DNA of 64,000 nt from an uncultured Verrucomicrobiae bacterium (lineage in GTDB: Bacteria; Verrucomicrobiota; Verrucomicrobiia; Chthoniobacterales; JAFAMB01). The position numbers and the translations under genes were made by a program. Below are positions 60,016 through 64,000 of the stretch, in pieces. The stretch covers positions 352,001 through 416,000 of the forward strand of contig CAVXLD010000012.1 in NCBI GenBank assembly GCA_963762565.1, read 5' to 3'. The notes beneath the pieces are model-generated. The model was not told the origin of the DNA. It ran no database searches and saw only the letters and a list, made by a program, of their open reading frames with translations. How positions within the stretch are numbered: position 1 is the first letter of the stretch; each line of letters starts with the position of its first letter.

Positions 60016-60603
60016 CTACCCCACCAACCGTTCATACGCCTTAACATCATCCACATCGCGAACGACGTGATCATTCTCCATCTCTAACGCGTAAACCTTC
60101 TCTGGGTAACGTTTGATAACGCCTTTGCAACCAACATCACCGACGATACCCAAGATCGCCACCCTCAGCGATGCATCTAAAATCACCGGGTTGCCGCGTT
60201 CTCCTTTGAAGAAGGGGACCACAATGCTTTTATTCACTTTCTTGGCGTCAGCAAAGGCCGCGACGATCTGGTTAACGTCCGCTGGTTCAAGCAAGGGTTG
60301 ATCGGCTAAACAGATCATGATGCCATCAGCGTCCGGCGAAACAGCGTCAACCCCGGTTCGGACTGATGTGCTGAGACCCTCCCGATAGTCCGGATTATGA
60401 ACGAGCCGGACCGGTTTACCCTGGAGTTCAGCCCGCACCTTCTCGATTTCATGTCCTAACACCACAATTACTTCATCGATCTTTGAGGCTAGCAAGGTGT
60501 CGACAAGGCGAGCGATCAGAGGTTTATCTTTGAAGTTGAGGAGCAACTTGTTCCGCCCCATCCGGGTCGACAAACCAGCAGCCAGGACAACAGCGGAGAC
60601 CAT
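60016..60603 (-). CDS. mocA: Molybdenum cofactor cytidylyltransferase (MocA-like)
   Basis: VLAAGLSTRMGRNKLL, NPDYREGLSTS, LADQP, GNPV, GDVG, DVD. Confidence 0.85.
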   Translation of the reverse strand: MVSAVVLAAGLSTRMGRNKLLLNFKDKPLIARLVDTLLASKIDEVIVVLGHEIEKVRAELQGKPVRLVHNPDYREGLSTSVRTGVDAVSPDADGIMICLADQPLLEPADVNQIVAAFADAKKVNKSIVVPFFKGERGNPVILDASLRVAILGIVGDVGCKGVIKRYPEKVYALEMENDHVVRDVDDVKAYERLVG

Positions 60604-61484
60604 CAGTGCGCCTTGGATTCGCTCGACACCGATGCCGGAAGCGTGGGCCCCTTTAGTTCGTGATCGGGATTATCGAGGTTCGACTCGAGTAGGCGGACTT
60701 CCGCACTTTCGGCCATCGGCCGGCCTGAGCCGCCGCGCCGAACGGCCACGACTTCGCTCATGATGCTCAATGCGATTTCTTCCGGGGTCTGCGCACCAAT
60801 GCTTAACCCGGCAGGCGAACGTACCTTGGCCACCTCGTCCCGCGGCATACCGGCAGCCTCGAGGTATTCAAATATCAACTGGGATCGGGTCCGGCTAGCA
60901 ACCAAAGCGACGTAAGCAGATTGGCTATCGATCGCTTTCTTAAGTGACAAATGATCTCCTTTGTGATGAGTGGCGACCACCACATAAGAGGCGGGCTTTA
61001 GTTCGACCTCAGCCGAAGTTAATCCCGTAGAAAAAACGTGCTCGGCGGTTGGGAAAGCTGAGGGAGTAGCGCCAGGATCAGCGACGGTCACAGCGAAACC
61101 GAGCAAATGACCGAGCTGAGCCAAGCTTTCGGCGATCCGGCCGTGACCCGCAATGACCAGGTCAGGTTTTGGCAAGACTGGTTCAATCGCCACCTGCATC
61201 ATTCCGCCGCATGGCATTCCGAAAACCTCGTCGGTCAAATCGACGTTAATAACCCTGACTTTGCCGTCGCTCATACTTTCCAGAGCTTCGTGACAGACCG
61301 TGCTTTCCGCACATCCGCCACCGACCCATCCAAGCACCACCCGGCCATCCGTGTCTACAATAACTTTCGAGCCCGGTTTAGCGGACCCTGATCCTTGCAC
61401 GCTGATGACAGTTGCAATCGCAAACGGCTCGCCGCGCGATTTCAGCTCGTGTGCAGTTCCAAAAACATCGTCAAACATGCTCAA
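60603..61484 (-). CDS. XdhC/CoxI family molybdoenzyme maturation protein
   Basis: ATVISVQGS, GWVGGGCAE, GMPCGG, SPAGLSIGAQTPEEIALSI. Confidence 0.9.
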   Translation of the reverse strand: MSMFDDVFGTAHELKSRGEPFAIATVISVQGSGSAKPGSKVIVDTDGRVVLGWVGGGCAESTVCHEALESMSDGKVRVINVDLTDEVFGMPCGGMMQVAIEPVLPKPDLVIAGHGRIAESLAQLGHLLGFAVTVADPGATPSAFPTAEHVFSTGLTSAEVELKPASYVVVATHHKGDHLSLKKAIDSQSAYVALVASRTRSQLIFEYLEAAGMPRDEVAKVRSPAGLSIGAQTPEEIALSIMSEVVAVRRGGSGRPMAESAEVRLLESNLDNPDHELKGPTLPASVSSESKAH

Positions 61485-61589
61485 TAAAAAGGATGCACCG
61501 GTCCGACCGGCTCACAAGTGCTATTGCATATGCTCCGCTCCTCGCGCCTTGCCGGCGGCCCATTTTGATCGCAACGAAAGCCACGCTAT

Positions 61590-62579
61590 TCATGGGACAG
61601 GACACTTAGCTAGATAGTTTTCCGGGTGGAGATCAAACTCTTGTTTGCAGCCGGAGCAGCAGAAGTAATACGTCTCACCACGATACTCAGAAACGTACCT
61701 GGTCGTTCCCGGCTCCACCGACATTCCGCACACTGGGTCAAGGGATTTTGGCGGAGCCTCTTGGTTGGGTGAGGCAATGTTCTCGTCGCTGGGTACTGCT
61801 TCCGTTTTGCTGACCAAGACGATTTCAGCCAGAATACTCAATGCGATTTCTTGGGGAGACAATCCACCGAGACGCAACCCCGCCGGTGCTCGGATGCGGC
61901 TAAGCTTTTCCTGCGGAATCCCTTTCCGAGCCAGCAAATCGAAAACTTTGTGCGACTTAACGTCACTAGCTACAAAAGAGATGTAGGGAACATTCGTGCG
62001 GCAAGCTAGCTCCAGCGCCTCTTCATCCTGTTCTCCTTGAGTGGACACCACGATAAACGTTGAAGGAGCGAGGTCGCCCGGCGCTAATTCCAGCTCTTGT
62101 TTAGAAGAGTCCGCGTCCGGAAAAATTTCGGGTCCGGCTCCCGGCGCCATAACCATGATCCGATAGCCGATGGCTTTACCCAAACTGCATAAGGCCTGGG
62201 CAACCGCTGAACGGCCAAGAATTAAAATCTGCGGCTTAGCGAGAACTGGTTCGATATAAATGTCCAAAGCGCCTCCGCCATGACACGTCATGGTGTAACT
62301 GACCGTTCCCGCCTCCGGTTCCGTGGTAGGGGACGGCGTCACTCGAACTAACCTTGGCTTTCCATCAGCGATCGCTTTCAACGCCTCTCGCACCACCAAC
62401 GGCTGGACGCATCCACCTCCGATCCATCCCCAAATGCTACCGTCATTTCCGATGATGGCCTTGTCTCCCGGTTTACCCGAAACCGGTGGCAAGCATCTTA
62501 CTACCACCGCTGTCGCAAAAGGCTGTTCTCGCGAACGTAACCCGGCAGCTCGACTTAAGAACTCGTCGAACATTTTCAT
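61590..62579 (-). CDS. XdhC/CoxF family protein with C-terminal YHS domain
   Basis: SGKPGDKA, GWIGGGC, MTCHGGG, APAGL..PQEIALSI, DPVCGM..YYFCCSGC. Confidence 0.9.
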   Translation of the reverse strand: MKMFDEFLSRAAGLRSREQPFATAVVVRCLPPVSGKPGDKAIIGNDGSIWGWIGGGCVQPLVVREALKAIADGKPRLVRVTPSPTTEPEAGTVSYTMTCHGGGALDIYIEPVLAKPQILILGRSAVAQALCSLGKAIGYRIMVMAPGAGPEIFPDADSSKQELELAPGDLAPSTFIVVSTQGEQDEEALELACRTNVPYISFVASDVKSHKVFDLLARKGIPQEKLSRIRAPAGLRLGGLSPQEIALSILAEIVLVSKTEAVPSDENIASPNQEAPPKSLDPVCGMSVEPGTTRYVSEYRGETYYFCCSGCKQEFDLHPENYLAKCPVP

Positions 62580-63733
62580 CTAAGCCACCTTAAGATGCCT
62601 CTCTAACTGCAGAAGACTGTTTAAGTTATGGGCGGGAGCAAAAACGTCAATATAAGGCAGTGCTGCGCTCATTCCTCGCGTTACCGGTTCGTAACCCGGA
62701 AGCCCTAGCAACGGGTTAAGCCAGATCAGTTGCCTGATCTTGCCCTTAATTTTTTGAAGCTCATTCACCAAGCCGTCTGGTGCTTCGGTATCCCACCCAT
62801 CACTCAGGATGATGACGGCAGTATGTCTGGCCAGCAGTTTAACACCGAACAGCTGGTTGAACTCCCTCAAGGAGGCTCCGATTCGAGTACCGCCATACCA
62901 ACCTGTTATTGTGTCCGAAAGTCTTTCTAAAACCTCGGGCCAGGACTTAGCGTTTAGTGCTTCGCTGATATCAATGAGCTTGGTGCTGAAAACGAAGGGG
63001 ACGACTTCGCGAGAGCATCTCTTCAACGCATAGGCAAATTTCAACAGGAACAGGCTGTACGGATTCATCGAATCGCTGACATCCAATAGCAGAACCAGCT
63101 TTGTCCGCTGCCGGCGCCGCGTTCGATAGCACAATTCCACTAATTCCCCGCCATGTACCAAGTTCCGGCGGATGGTTCTGCGCAAATCGACAACACCAAG
63201 GCGATCGCTGATTTGCAGGCGTCTTGATAGCCGGTAGGACATTCGCCGCAGAAGCCGGAGCGATAACCGTTCGAGTTCTGCTAAGTCCTCTTGCGGGATC
63301 AGTGCAAAATCGGTTTTTGTCAGCCGTTCGATCAAACTGGCGCCGGAGGTCGCTTTGTCCGGATCCGACTCATCCAAGTTCAAGCTTTCGGCGTTGGTGA
63401 AAAGCTTTAACACGTCGTTCCCACGGCCGAATCCCTGACTGGAGAACCGGTTCTTACCCGACTTTTTTGGCGATGGCTTGGTTGGCGCCGGCCCCTCCCA
63501 AACTAAGGCGAAGAGTTTAGCAAACAGATCCCAGTCACTCTTCGAAGAACAGAGCACCGCTCTGAGTGCGTCCTCGATTGCGGCTGCTCCTTCGGTTTGC
63601 ACGATCCGTGAGCGCCTTGCAAGCAGTCGAGCGTCGTTCTGCCGGAACCTAAGCCGTTCGCGCGAGCACAACGGCAAAAGCGCACCACTGCTCGTTCTAG
63701 GTTGTCCGCATCGTTAGTCGGTTCGGCGCTCAT
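62580..63733 (-). CDS. coxE: CoxE-like VWA domain protein, frameshifted near the 5' end
   Basis: DLRRTIRRN, LLDVSDSM, GGTRIG, ILSDGWD, IWLNPL, PAHNL; N-terminus MSAEPTN..VVRFCR in another frame. Confidence 0.85.
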
Positions 63734-63811
63734 GCGTTCTTTCGTACTCGTCCTCGTCGTCGTCCTCGAAACGGTTGGCACGTTGATAAGGGGTGTATTT
63801 GCCCAACGTCT

Positions 63812-64000
63812 GGAGGGGAGCCGCTTTGGCGCGCATCTCGCCACCCTCGCTCCGTTCGCATCAAAACCAATCCAGCCGAAACATGCGAAATATCAGGCGG
63901 CTCCCGGGAACAACCCAGCGTGATGCATTTACCCTTCGCCTTGGGATCTTGTTTGCGCCTCACCGATAGAGCTGCCAACCGGTGGGTCGTTCCCGGGAGC
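63812..64000. repeat. REPIN/MITE-like element, family A, truncated by the window end
   Basis: ggaggggagccgct, ggcggctcccggga, tcccgggagc. Confidence 0.75.

Overview
Bacterial chromosomal window, GC-rich. Gene content and intergenic repeats suggest a soil Verrucomicrobium (Chthoniobacterales/Spartobacteria-like); this taxonomy is my inference. Most of it is housekeeping and metabolic: recG end, degP, corA, rpmI-rplT-pheS-pheT, nrdR, dnaB-rplI, a sigma70 factor, tilS, cysteine synthase, TPS/TPP, ClC, msrPQ, uxaC and cox/xdh accessory genes. Essential genes (pheT, tilS) are split by single-base frameshifts, so the sequence probably carries long-read indel errors and split ORFs are not called pseudogenes. 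The standout is a ~6.3 kb fluoride-response locus (9746-16008). Two back-to-back fluoride (crcB-motif) riboswitches, each behind its own 17-bp-spaced sigma70-type promoter, precede (minus strand) a tandem pair of MutS-ATPase-only proteins followed by two DUF190 genes, and (plus strand) an uncharacterised small P-loop NTPase. A double Fluc/CrcB ORF plus a third DUF190 converges on the minus-strand unit. Other notable signals: a 6S RNA candidate after pheT, a dispersed repeat sitting inside the pheT coding sequence, an ATP-cone-like protein coupled to nrdR with an NrdR box upstream, and several families of REP/REPIN-like and micro-tandem inverted repeats. I saw no tRNA, rRNA, CRISPR array, integrase or transposase.
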